A stretch of DNA of 64,000 nt from Sedimentisphaerales bacterium (GTDB lineage: Bacteria; Planctomycetota; Phycisphaerae; Sedimentisphaerales; SM23-30): the NCBI GenBank assembly GCA_963663805.2, contig CAXXMR010000009.1, positions 480,001 to 544,000 of the forward strand. The letters are read 5' to 3'. Below the pieces are notes generated by a model. It was not told the origin of the DNA and did not search any database. It saw only the letters and a program-made list of their open reading frames with translations. This document shows, piece after piece, positions 19,012 through 28,675 of this stretch (its first letter is position 1; the number at the start of each line of letters is the position of its first letter). The position numbers were made by a program, and so were the translations under genes.

Positions 19012-20607
19012 GTGAAGCAGTTGCGTACCCCCAGTAAGTCTGTAAAGTTATATCTCATTGCTATGTTGGCAGTTACATCGGTCGTGCTTTTTTTTGGCTG
19101 TGATAAGTCGCCCGAAGCTGAAGCTGCGGCCCAGGCATCCGATTCGGTTGACAAGGCCCAGCGGTTGATTCGTTCGACCGAGCAGGAAATGGCCATGACC
19201 GAAAGCGAAGCTGAAAGGGCGGTTGACTCCGGCGAAAACGGTAATAAAGCCTTAGCCAGCCAGATTGTTAATCGCCGGGAAAAAGAACTCGGAATAGTGC
19301 CGGCTGATGAGGTCGTCGCGGAAATTACCAGGCTGGTTGCCGAAGCGGGCCAGTCGCCGCAGGATGCACGCAAACTGGCGGCGGCTTTGGAAGGTTCTGT
19401 CAATGAGCTGCTGGCCTCCTTTGAGAAGGACAGTGAGCTGTCCGGACAAAGTAAGCTGGACCGACTGGCCAAAGCGGAAAAGATTTTGAAAGAAGCCTCC
19501 AGCCGGGCTCTGGCCAGTGCTTATAATGAGGCGAAAGTCGCGCCGGAATTGCTGCTGGGAACGATAAGTCAGGTCCGGGCGGAATATTATTTGCGTCAGA
19601 TGCATCAGAAGGAAATGGAAATCCAGGGACTTCATATTGATTTGGCAATGCTGGCGGGGGAGATAAGTCGGGAAAAAGCGGTTGCTTATGCGGCTGGTAC
19701 TTTCAGTACGGAAAAATCTGAAGAAACCGTCGCGGCCCGCCTGGAAGGTGATGCCGCCGGCAGTGACGCTTCAGCGGGCTTGAAGAAACGCCTGGCGGCT
19801 GTCGAGACGAAAATTGCCGAACAGCAAAAAGAACGTGACGGACTGGCCGCGAAAATCAAAACGCATGATGACAAGGCCCGTCAAATCCATAGCGATTATC
19901 TGGAACTTCTGAACCAGGCTGACAAGGCTCAGGGCAACAAAGTTTATGAGTTGCGTCAGCAGGCCTACTCGCTGAAATCGGGGACACTACCTGACGGCAG
20001 CGACGGCGGGATTTATCATGAGGCTCAATCAGAACTGCTTCAGTCGGAACTTGATGTTTGCGAAAGTCGCTTGCAATATGAAAAGATTCGGCGCGAGCAG
20101 CTTCAAAAGCAAATCGCTTCGATAAACAAAACTATCGAAAGCCTGAAAAATAATCCTATCAACGAAACCGCTCAGGAAATGCTGCAACAGAGCAAACAGC
20201 AGCAGGCGGAACTGCTTTCGTCTCTGAGCGTGAAAATGGATGCTCTCAAGGTCGCTGAGGACACCTACAGTGCTTTGCGGGTGCAGGCGGTGGCTGATTA
20301 TAACAATGCTATAAACTCGTTTACGAAGGTATCCAGGGCGGGCAATGATTCAAGGGCCTACGGGCGTGATTTGGCTACGGCGATTAAGCTAAAGCTCAGC
20401 AATCCTGAATACGGCCAGCCGGACCAGGCGGCGGGCCTGTGGCAAAAAGATGCCGAACATTATCGCGGTGGGGCGGGGGCGATGGGGCTTCTGGAAGATA
20501 TTGAGGAAGTGGCCGATAAAGCCAACGAACTGAAAACTTCTTATGAACAGCAGGCATTGCAGGCTGAGCAGAGCGCCGCGGCAGCTGAGACTAACGCGGC
20601 TATCTAA
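19012..20607 (+). CDS. coiled-coil lipoprotein, unknown function
   Basis: Lipobox FFGC after a hydrophobic signal; Ala/Glu/Gln-rich helical sequence; TTGACA at about 18905. Confidence 0.7.
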   Translation: MKQLRTPSKSVKLYLIAMLAVTSVVLFFGCDKSPEAEAAAQASDSVDKAQRLIRSTEQEMAMTESEAERAVDSGENGNKALASQIVNRREKELGIVPADEVVAEITRLVAEAGQSPQDARKLAAALEGSVNELLASFEKDSELSGQSKLDRLAKAEKILKEASSRALASAYNEAKVAPELLLGTISQVRAEYYLRQMHQKEMEIQGLHIDLAMLAGEISREKAVAYAAGTFSTEKSEETVAARLEGDAAGSDASAGLKKRLAAVETKIAEQQKERDGLAAKIKTHDDKARQIHSDYLELLNQADKAQGNKVYELRQQAYSLKSGTLPDGSDGGIYHEAQSELLQSELDVCESRLQYEKIRREQLQKQIASINKTIESLKNNPINETAQEMLQQSKQQQAELLSSLSVKMDALKVAEDTYSALRVQAVADYNNAINSFTKVSRAGNDSRAYGRDLATAIKLKLSNPEYGQPDQAAGLWQKDAEHYRGGAGAMGLLEDIEEVADKANELKTSYEQQALQAEQSAAAAETNAAI

Positions 20608-20625
20608 GGCCGGGATTGCTAAGCG

Positions 20626-21564
20626 ATGGCTGCTGATATGCTGTTGATAATGGGGTGCACCGCCAGCGGAAAAAGTTCACTGGCGTTCAGTCTGGCCCAG
20701 CGGTTGGGCGGGGAAATAATCAGTATTGATTCGATGAAAGTTTATCGCCGAATGGATATTGGTACAGCTAAGCCTTCGGCGGATAGGCTGGCGGCGGTTA
20801 AACATCATCTGATAGATGTGGTCGAGCCGAGTGAATCATTTTCTATGGGGAAATTTATCGAATTGGCTGACAAGGCCATCGCGGAATTACAACAGGCTCA
20901 ACGTCCGATAATCGCAGCAGGGGGGACACCGATGTATATCAGGGGGCTATTGGAAGGTATATTCGATGGGCCCGGTGCGGATGCGGAAATTCGCGAACGA
21001 ATCAAAATGGAGCTGGATGAACGAGGGCCGGAAGCTATGTATCAGCGACTGGCGGAGATTGACCCTGAGGCCGCGCGGAAGATACACCTAAATGACAGCC
21101 GGCGGATAATTCGGGCCCTGGAGGTTTACGAGCTGACCGGTAAGCCGATTTCTTCATTTCATACGCATTTTCGGTCGGGAAACTATCGCTATCCCTGGCA
21201 GCTCATCGGGCTGAGATGGGAAAAGGAAATCGGCAACCGGCGAATCAACGCCCGTGTCAAAAAGATGGTTCAGGATGGCTTGGTCGGCGAGGTCGAGTCT
21301 TTGCTGGCTGAACCCGAACCGCTAAGCGAACAGGCCGCCGTAGCACTGGGTTACGCCGAAATAATAGAACATCTGCAAGGCAAAATTTCGCTGGAAGATG
21401 CCGTTGAGAGGGTCAAAATAAATAGCCGGCGTTTTGCTAAGGGCCAGCGGACCTGGTATCGTTCCTTTGTCGGGGTGAACTGGATAGACCTGCAAGAGTC
21501 AGATACCGCTGATTCGATCGCTGATCGCTTAATCGCCGAAAGTCGTTATTTTAAAGGGAATTAG
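20626..21564 (+). CDS. miaA: tRNA dimethylallyltransferase
   Basis: GCTASGKS, DSMKVYRRMDIGTAKP, AKGQRTW. Confidence 0.95.
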   Translation: MAADMLLIMGCTASGKSSLAFSLAQRLGGEIISIDSMKVYRRMDIGTAKPSADRLAAVKHHLIDVVEPSESFSMGKFIELADKAIAELQQAQRPIIAAGGTPMYIRGLLEGIFDGPGADAEIRERIKMELDERGPEAMYQRLAEIDPEAARKIHLNDSRRIIRALEVYELTGKPISSFHTHFRSGNYRYPWQLIGLRWEKEIGNRRINARVKKMVQDGLVGEVESLLAEPEPLSEQAAVALGYAEIIEHLQGKISLEDAVERVKINSRRFAKGQRTWYRSFVGVNWIDLQESDTADSIADRLIAESRYFKGN

Positions 21565-21587
21565 CTTTTGATGCCCCTACCCGTCCA

Positions 21588-21615
21588 ATGCAACATAATA
21601 TATATTATCGGACGT
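21588..21615 (-). other. dif-like XerC/XerD recombination site
   Basis: Minus strand ACGTCCGATAA-TATATA-TTATGTTGCAT, an 11-6-11 match to the dif architecture (E. coli GGTGCGCATAA-TGTATA-TTATGTTAAAT); intergenic between convergent genes. Confidence 0.7.
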
Positions 21616-21796
21616 TGGGTGGGGTGGTAGAACGTCATGATTACGTCGCGATTTTGGTTTTTTGAGGCGTGGATTACCCCTGAAAGCAGCGCAAAACTGC
21701 CTGCTTTTTAACAAAACGACGGATTTTAACGCGTTTTTTTGAAAAAATTCAGAAAAAATCACGTTTTAATCCCGTTTGGAGAACTTTACGGCTGTT

Positions 21797-22075
21797 TTAC
21801 TTTGCTTTTGACTGTTTGAGCCAGTCTTCCAGATTTAGGGCCAGGGTCTTAACATCTCTTTTTCGCATGATGTGTTCGTGGATTTCTTTTTTGACCTTTA
21901 GCTGGGTCATGGCTTTTTCGACACGCTCCCAGAGTTTGTCTTCTTTGTTGGTGTTCATGGCCAGGTATAATTCGGTGACCAGTTCCTGTAGTTTCTGTAA
22001 AGCTATGGTGTCGATGTTCTCGTAGTAACGCCCGATAACCTTTTGCTGGTAGGCGGAGTAGTTTTTTGCTGCCAT
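21797..22075 (-). CDS. small conserved hypothetical protein
   Basis: 92-aa helical ORF 4 bp after the MFS gene. Confidence 0.7.
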   Translation of the reverse strand: MAAKNYSAYQQKVIGRYYENIDTIALQKLQELVTELYLAMNTNKEDKLWERVEKAMTQLKVKKEIHEHIMRKRDVKTLALNLEDWLKQSKAK

Positions 22076-22079
22076 TAGG

Positions 22080-23252
22080 TCAAACCTTTGCTAATTTGCG
22101 TAAAATCATCAAAATTATCGCGATTATGAGTGAAATCAGGAATCCTATCCAGCCTAAATTGAGGATGGGGGCAATTCCGATTCGCTCTGCCAGGGGGGCC
22201 ATGGCTAATGTAATCACGCAGGCGATTCCCCATGAACCGCCCAGGGCCAGGCCCATACGGGCCCCGAGGTTTAGTCCGCGGGCGCCGCGGGCCATAGTAA
22301 CCATCATGGAAAACACGCCCATGCACCCCCCTGTGGCGACCATCAGAATTATGGACCAGCGCTGGTCCATAAAATGCAGATAGGAGATCAACAGAGGGAC
22401 GCCCAGGGCAAGGCCGATGGTAACACTAAGCATATATCCGATGCGTTCGCCGAGCCGGGCCCAGATAAATGAGCCGACCACCTGTCCCAGTCCGGCAAAA
22501 AGAATAACCTTGCCGCCCAGGGTCAGTTCAAAGCCTAGTTCTTCCAGTCGGCTGGGTATCAAGGCCATCATTAGTGCCGTGGCGGTGGTTATAGGAATGG
22601 CCAGGAACCATACCGGCCAGAAGGGCCATTGGTTGATTTGCGGCGTTGAATCGGCTTGCTGCTGTTTATTCTCGACGGCTAATCTTATCTTGAAAATAAA
22701 CAACAACACCATTGAAATCACCGGTGCCGCCAGCAGCCATAACAGGCTGCTTAGCCCCCAGGAACTGACCAGGAGCGTAGAGAGGTACCCCCCCGCCGCA
22801 TAGCCGACGAAACCACTGGTGATAAAAACCGCGGTTGATGTCGATGGCTTAATGCGTTTGACGGTATGGACTGAGCGCAATCCTTCGGGATGCAAAACGG
22901 CTATGCCTATACCGCTCAGAAGCGCCAAGCCGAACAGGGCTACCGAACCGATGGTTCCCGCGGGCAATAACCCCATAAAGCACAATGCCCCGGATAAGGA
23001 CAGGCCCAGAGGGATAAACAGCATCTTGCGTTGACGGGCGCGCATATGGCCTGTCATCACCTGAAAGGCGTTGGAGGAAATTGTCAGCGTCGCCAGCAGG
23101 GCCATTGCCATGGTCAGGGACATGCCGAATGTTTCACGTATAACGGGGATGAGCGGCGGAATCAGGCCGGAAAAAACATCCGCGCTGGAGTGGGCCGAGG
23201 CGAGAGTGAGTAATTTGCCCCATTGTAAGCGGGTGCCGCGTTGCCCCGGCAT
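22080..23252 (-). CDS. MFS transporter (Fsr-like)
   Basis: About 12 hydrophobic segments; H..AD....LIPPLIP and GIAVLHPEG. Confidence 0.85.
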   Translation of the reverse strand: MPGQRGTRLQWGKLLTLASAHSSADVFSGLIPPLIPVIRETFGMSLTMAMALLATLTISSNAFQVMTGHMRARQRKMLFIPLGLSLSGALCFMGLLPAGTIGSVALFGLALLSGIGIAVLHPEGLRSVHTVKRIKPSTSTAVFITSGFVGYAAGGYLSTLLVSSWGLSSLLWLLAAPVISMVLLFIFKIRLAVENKQQQADSTPQINQWPFWPVWFLAIPITTATALMMALIPSRLEELGFELTLGGKVILFAGLGQVVGSFIWARLGERIGYMLSVTIGLALGVPLLISYLHFMDQRWSIILMVATGGCMGVFSMMVTMARGARGLNLGARMGLALGGSWGIACVITLAMAPLAERIGIAPILNLGWIGFLISLIIAIILMILRKLAKV

Positions 23253-23605
23253 CAGGCTTTGTACCTGCCCCGATATTTATCGGCGGGGTATTTTTCGGCG
23301 TTGCGTTTCATCTTGGCAAAAAACGCGTCGCTGAGGTCTATATCCAACACGTAAGCGAGATTGAGCAGATAGGCAAGAACGTCAGAAATTTCCTCCCTCA
23401 CCAGCTGCAACTGTTCGGGGTCGTCAGCCACCTCACGTGACTGTTGTTCGGAAATCCACTGAAAATGCTCCATGAGTTCGGCTGCTTCAATGGCGGTGCC
23501 CATGGCAAGATTCTTGGGCGAATGAAACTGGGCCCAGTCTCGCTGAGTCTGAAACTTGGCGACTTCACGTATCATTTCTGCAATGGTGGTTTTATTATCA
23601 GGCAT
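23252..23605 (-). CDS. MazG-like nucleotide pyrophosphohydrolase
   Basis: RDWAQFHSPKNLAM..EAAELMEHFQW, EEISDV. Confidence 0.9.
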   Translation of the reverse strand: MPDNKTTIAEMIREVAKFQTQRDWAQFHSPKNLAMGTAIEAAELMEHFQWISEQQSREVADDPEQLQLVREEISDVLAYLLNLAYVLDIDLSDAFFAKMKRNAEKYPADKYRGRYKA

Positions 23606-23751
23606 TATATTATATTTGGCCCCTTTGGGGCTTTTGGTTGTTTTTGTCAATCGCTCCGGATACCACAGAGGCATTAGGCATGATGCAAAGGGCAAGAGTG
23701 AACGGCGCGGCGCCTGCTTCGGCAGGGTTATTTTTATTTTTTGCTTCAATA

Positions 23752-23800
23752 CGGGGGCTCACGCCGCTCGGCTATGCGTTCTTACGCCCCCTTCGGGGTC
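23752..23800. repeat. degenerate REP-like palindromic element
   Basis: CGGGGGCTCACGCCGCTCGGCTA...CGCCCCTTCGGGG: two short GC hairpins in an intergenic gap, followed by TGAACGG x2 at about 23818-23831. Confidence 0.4.
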
Positions 23801-23831
23801 TTTTAACGAAAAAACTGTGAACGGTGAACGG

Positions 23832-24722
23832 TTAGAATTTTCTATCGCTTAGTTTTTCGTAAGCTTCGACATATTTTGCCAGGGTTCCTTCGATAACTTC
23901 GGGGGGCAATTTCGGTCCCGGAGGCTGTTTGTTGAAGCTAATGCTTTCGAGGTAATTACGCACGAACTGTTTATCGTAGCTTTCCTGGTCTCGTCCGTCT
24001 GCGTATTTTTCGGCAGGCCAGAAACGCGATGAATCGGGTGTCAGGACTTCGTCGATGAGGATGATATTTTCGTTTTCGTCGTAGCCCCATTCAAACTTGG
24101 TATCGGCCAGAATAATGCCCCGCTGGGCGGCGTATTGGCTGGCTTTGACGTAAATTTCGATACTGCTGACGCGAACATATTTCGCGGCGATATGGCCGAT
24201 GATTTCGGCGGCCCGGTCATAGCTGATATTTTCGTCATGTTCGCCCAGTTCGGCTTTGGTGGCCGGTGTAAAAATTGGTTCGGGCAGTTTGCCGCATTGT
24301 TTGAGTCCGTTGGGCAGTTTATGGCCGCACACGGTTTGCGACTGCGTATATTCTTTCCAGCCGGAACCGGCCAGATAGCCGCGAACCACACACTCGACCG
24401 GCAGCACTTTGGCTTTGCGAACCAGCATACTACGGCCTTCAAACTGTTCGGGGGTATCACTGAACGGCTGGGGGAAATCCTTCACGTCGGCACTTATCAG
24501 GTGGTTCTGCACCGAATCACCCAGCCATTCCAGCCAGAAAAGCGAAATCTGCGTTAAGAGTTTACCTTTGCCGGGAATACCGTTGGCCATGATAACATCA
24601 AAGGCACTGATACGGTCGGTGGCGACCAGCAGCATTTTATCGCCCAGGTCGTAGATGTCCCTGACTTTTCCGCGGATTGGTTCATAGCCGGGGACTTCAG
24701 TTTGCATTATGGCCTGACTCAT
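23832..24722 (-). CDS. purC: SAICAR synthase
   Basis: GKVRDIY, DRISAFD, ADTKFEWG, DEVLTPDSSRFW. Confidence 0.96.
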   Translation of the reverse strand: MSQAIMQTEVPGYEPIRGKVRDIYDLGDKMLLVATDRISAFDVIMANGIPGKGKLLTQISLFWLEWLGDSVQNHLISADVKDFPQPFSDTPEQFEGRSMLVRKAKVLPVECVVRGYLAGSGWKEYTQSQTVCGHKLPNGLKQCGKLPEPIFTPATKAELGEHDENISYDRAAEIIGHIAAKYVRVSSIEIYVKASQYAAQRGIILADTKFEWGYDENENIILIDEVLTPDSSRFWPAEKYADGRDQESYDKQFVRNYLESISFNKQPPGPKLPPEVIEGTLAKYVEAYEKLSDRKF

Positions 24723-24763
24723 GAGAAAACCTTTCGTGATTTCCAGTATTGAAAAAAGTAAAG

Positions 24764-25666
24764 TTACGCTTCCGCACTTTCAACAGCGGCAGCCGGTTTG
24801 GATGCTTCTTTGGCGTTTTTACCTACATATACAAAAAGATTACGCGGGCATTTTTCGACCGCTTCTTCGCGTCCCTGGGCGGTTTCATATTTCTCGTAGT
24901 TGAGCACTGGCAGAGCGTTATCCATGGTGAACAGCTCCGGGGCTTTCTTGGCACAAACGGTACAGCCGATACAGCCGACTTTGCAATAACCGCGGACTTC
25001 TTTGGCTTTATCGTGAGATTTGCAGCCGACTACCAGCAGCGGGTCGGCGACCATGGCTTCAATCGAGATGATATTTCGGGGACAGGCGGTTTCGCAGGCG
25101 CCACAGCCGACACATTTGGTGTAATCGACCACCGCCAGTCCGTCAATAATGTGAATCGCGTCGAAGTCGCAGGCCTTAACACAATCGCCCTGGCCCAAAC
25201 AGCCGTAAGTACAGCCAATCGCCCCACCGACCATCTGGGCTTCCATACACCCTTCCAGACCATCGTATTTGGTGCCGCTAATCATATCATCGCTATGGGC
25301 TGAACAATGCACAATTGCCCGCATGGGAGCGTCGGCGGCTGCTTCGATGCCGAGAATCTCGGCCATCTTATGTACCAGAGCTTCGCCGCCCGGTCCGCAT
25401 TTACCCATTAGAGCATGGTCGGCGACAACCGCTTCGGCATAAGCACCGCAGCCGGCCAGTCCGCAGCCTCCGCAATTGGCACCGGGCAAGACTGCTTCGA
25501 TGGCTTCGACTACCGGGTCGCGTTCCACTTTCAGCCGGGCATAGGCGGCGCTAAGCACTACGACAAACAAAAAGCCCAAAGCCAGAACCGTCAGCCCCGC
25601 TTTGATTACCGAAGCCGGGTCAACCGCTGCCAAAATCGCGTTGTTATTAAGAATTTCGTAAATCAT
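24764..25666 (-). CDS. rnfB: Rnf complex subunit B
   Basis: LPGANCGGCGLAGC; ferredoxin CVGCGACETACP. Confidence 0.92.
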   Translation of the reverse strand: MIYEILNNNAILAAVDPASVIKAGLTVLALGFLFVVVLSAAYARLKVERDPVVEAIEAVLPGANCGGCGLAGCGAYAEAVVADHALMGKCGPGGEALVHKMAEILGIEAAADAPMRAIVHCSAHSDDMISGTKYDGLEGCMEAQMVGGAIGCTYGCLGQGDCVKACDFDAIHIIDGLAVVDYTKCVGCGACETACPRNIISIEAMVADPLLVVGCKSHDKAKEVRGYCKVGCIGCTVCAKKAPELFTMDNALPVLNYEKYETAQGREEAVEKCPRNLFVYVGKNAKEASKPAAAVESAEA

Positions 25667-25716
25667 TTTTAATCCGTCTGTCGAGTTTGTCTCTGTGTAA
25701 CAGTCAGGTTTGTTTG

Positions 25717-26304
25717 TTACTTAATCATGCCGGAAAAGCCCATAAAGGCCAGCGTCATGATCGCCGCGGTGATGAGGGTAATACCCGCCCCCCGCATATC
25801 ACGTGGAATATCAGCCCATTCCAGCGTCTCGCGGATACCGCCCATGACGCAGATAACAAAGGTAAAGCCCAGCCCCCCGCCGATGCTGGCGACCAAAGCC
25901 TCCAGGAAATTGTAGCCCCACAAATCGATGAACAGGCATGTGCCCAGAATCGCACAGTTAGTGGTAATCAGGGGCAGGAAAATACCGAAACTTTCGTACA
26001 GGGGCGGGAAGAATTTGCGTACATACATCTCCACCAACTGCACCATACTGGCGATAACCATGATGAAGGCAATGTACTTGAGGTATTCCATGCCGATTTG
26101 CTGGAGGACCAGGTTATTGATTATCCAGGTGAGTGTGCCGCTGATGGTCATAACAAAAGTTACGGCACAGCCCATGCCAAAGGCCATATCGACCCGGCGG
26201 GAAACGCCCAAATAGGGACAAATACCCAGAAACTTGGTCAATACCAGATTGTTGACGATGGCGATGGAAATGAAAACTATTATCAGGTGACCAACAGTAT
26301 CCAT
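25717..26304 (-). CDS. rnfA: Rnf complex subunit A
   Basis: FLGICPYLG, LPLITTNCAILG. Confidence 0.93.
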   Translation of the reverse strand: MDTVGHLIIVFISIAIVNNLVLTKFLGICPYLGVSRRVDMAFGMGCAVTFVMTISGTLTWIINNLVLQQIGMEYLKYIAFIMVIASMVQLVEMYVRKFFPPLYESFGIFLPLITTNCAILGTCLFIDLWGYNFLEALVASIGGGLGFTFVICVMGGIRETLEWADIPRDMRGAGITLITAAIMTLAFMGFSGMIK

Positions 26305-26350
26305 ATTTGCTTCTTTCTATAGTTTGCTGCTGTTCAGTTACTAATTACTA

Positions 26351-27001
26351 TTACAGGTCCGCCGGGGCCGCCTTTTTACTTTTCTTGCGGGTGGCCCACA
26401 TGGCGATACCAAGCATGATTCCCAAAGTCATAAACGCACCGGCGGGCAGTTTCATTACGTTCCAGGTGACAAAACAATCCGGCATAATACGATGGCCCCA
26501 GAGAGCGCCATCTGCCAGAAGCTCACGCACCGCTGCCAAAGCACACAGCCCGCCGGTAAATCCCAATCCCATGCCCAGTGCGTCGCCCAGACTGATAATC
26601 AGTCCGTTACGACTGCCGCAGGCTTCGGCTCGACCGATGATGAGGCAGTTTACGATAATCAGCGGGACATAAGGTCCGAGCTTCTCGCTCATTTCCGGCA
26701 GGAACGCCTGCAAGAGCAAATCCGCGATGGTTACGAACGCCGAAATCGTCAGCGTAAACATCAAAATACGCAGGTGCCCTACCAGCAGATTACGCATCAG
26801 CGAAACGACCAGATTCGAGCAGACCAGCACAAAGGTAGTTGCCGCCCCCATCGTCAGGGCCGGCTGGAGCTGGCCGGTTACCGCCAGCGTGGGACACATG
26901 CCCAGCAATTGTCTGAAGACAGCGTTTTCCGCCCATAAACCGCGGACAAAAAATGCCATCGATTCAACTGCAGCGGATTTTTGTTGAGGATTTTCGGACA
27001 T
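26351..27001 (-). CDS. rnfE: Rnf complex subunit E
   Basis: LLGMCPTLAVT, PLIIVNCLIIGRAE. Confidence 0.93.
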   Translation of the reverse strand: MSENPQQKSAAVESMAFFVRGLWAENAVFRQLLGMCPTLAVTGQLQPALTMGAATTFVLVCSNLVVSLMRNLLVGHLRILMFTLTISAFVTIADLLLQAFLPEMSEKLGPYVPLIIVNCLIIGRAEACGSRNGLIISLGDALGMGLGFTGGLCALAAVRELLADGALWGHRIMPDCFVTWNVMKLPAGAFMTLGIMLGIAMWATRKKSKKAAPADL

Positions 27002-27034
27002 AACAGTCAACCTTTAATCTATTCTCTCAGGTGA

Positions 27035-27610
27035 TTACTTTTTGACAACCGCACGCATTTTCAAAATGGCCCGGTTGACGATCTGAGTTACCGCGTCAGA
27101 GCTGATGGTCGCTCCGGTAATCGCGACGATTTCCCGGTCGGCCTTGCTGCGGTCGCCGGTGAGTACCACCACAAGTTTATCCTGAGCGGGACAGCCGCCG
27201 AACTGATTTTTGAATTCATCTTCCTTGATTTTGTCGCCAAAACCCGGCGTTTCGTTACTTTTCAAAACCGCCATACCTTTGACACTGGTAATGTCAGGAT
27301 TGAAAGCTATCAGCAGCTCGATATTGTCGGCGAACCCGCCTCCGCTGGTCTTGAACGCGTAACCAAGCACCTTGCCGGTATTGTCCTTGCCGACGCTGAA
27401 CTTGATTTCCTCGCCGGTGTCGGTCGTTGCGGTCTGAGAATCGAAACTATCGGCATCGCTGAGCAGTACATGCAGTTTATCGTTGAGTTTGTCCTGAGCG
27501 TTCTGGGCGATGCGGTCTTTCAATTGGCCATGCACGCCCGCTACCAATAGGCCAAATACCAGCGAGGCCAGCATAACAAGCCAGGAATCTTTTAGGAAAT
27601 TTATAATCAT
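27035..27610 (-). CDS. rnfG: Rnf complex subunit G
   Basis: ETPGFG and FMN-attachment ITGATISS. Confidence 0.9.
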   Translation of the reverse strand: MIINFLKDSWLVMLASLVFGLLVAGVHGQLKDRIAQNAQDKLNDKLHVLLSDADSFDSQTATTDTGEEIKFSVGKDNTGKVLGYAFKTSGGGFADNIELLIAFNPDITSVKGMAVLKSNETPGFGDKIKEDEFKNQFGGCPAQDKLVVVLTGDRSKADREIVAITGATISSDAVTQIVNRAILKMRAVVKK

Positions 27611-28638
27611 TTAACCGAGCCTCCCATCGTACGCGGCCTGGTCCAGCGGTCCAAGAGCGGAGTCATCATGTTCATCAGCAAAATTGCGTACATAACACCT
27701 TCGGGGTAGCCCCCTACCAAACGAATCAGCATAATTAGCGTACCCACGCCAGCACCGAAAACCAGTCTGCCCGTTTTGCTCAGCGGACAGGAAACCGGGT
27801 CGGTCGCGATGAAGAACGCACACATCATCAGACCCCCACCGCATAAATGCACCAGCGGGTTGGGATAAATTTGCGAATCAATCAGCCAGGCAATCGCCGC
27901 GAACGCCAATGCCGAACCCAGCACCGCAACCGGAATATGCCAAGTGATGGTTTTGCGATAAAGCAGAAACAGCCCGCCGATAAGCCAGCACAACGCCGAA
28001 GTCTCACCGGCTGAACCACTGACATTACCCATGAACATCGAACCAATCAGTTTGTTGACTGGTCCAGCTGTGGCTTTTTGCTCGGCGGGAATTTCGTCGT
28101 TGGCGGCGTCTTTGATGGCTTGCTTGGCGAGCATGAGAGGTGTTGCCGCTGATACACTGTCGATTTCGCTCTGCTGTTGCGGTGCCTGCCAAGTCGTCAT
28201 CATCAAGCCAAAACTGGCCATCAGGAACGCCCTGCCCACCATCGCGGGATTGAAGATATTACTACCCAGTCCGCCAAAGAGCATCTTGGCAACCGCGGTA
28301 GCGACTACCGAACCCAGCACCGCCGCCCATATCGGCAGGCCCGGCGGCAGGGACAGCCCCAGGATTAAACCGGTTACGATAACACTGCCGTCGAAGCAGG
28401 TCTGCCTCTTGCCGCGGGCGGCATTAAATATCGCCTCGGTCAGCACGCAGGTAGCCACGCAAGCCAGAATCAGGCCCAGAGCGGTCGTGCCGAAAAGGTA
28501 AACCGCCATGCCCAGCGCCGGCAATGTGCCGAAAGCGACTTCAAACATAATTCGCTTACTGGTGCCCGCGTCCATCAAATGGGGCGAGGAGGTAACGGTC
28601 AGAATCAGATTTTTCTCAGTTTTTTCTTCTTGTGCCAT
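27607..28638 (-). CDS. rnfD: Rnf complex subunit D
   Basis: FGGLGSNIFNPA, SAATP, FFIATDPV, YPEG. Confidence 0.93.
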   Translation of the reverse strand: MAQEEKTEKNLILTVTSSPHLMDAGTSKRIMFEVAFGTLPALGMAVYLFGTTALGLILACVATCVLTEAIFNAARGKRQTCFDGSVIVTGLILGLSLPPGLPIWAAVLGSVVATAVAKMLFGGLGSNIFNPAMVGRAFLMASFGLMMTTWQAPQQQSEIDSVSAATPLMLAKQAIKDAANDEIPAEQKATAGPVNKLIGSMFMGNVSGSAGETSALCWLIGGLFLLYRKTITWHIPVAVLGSALAFAAIAWLIDSQIYPNPLVHLCGGGLMMCAFFIATDPVSCPLSKTGRLVFGAGVGTLIMLIRLVGGYPEGVMYAILLMNMMTPLLDRWTRPRTMGGSVK

Positions 28639-28675
28639 TTACGGTTCCAAATTCAAGATAAACAGCCTAAGTAAT

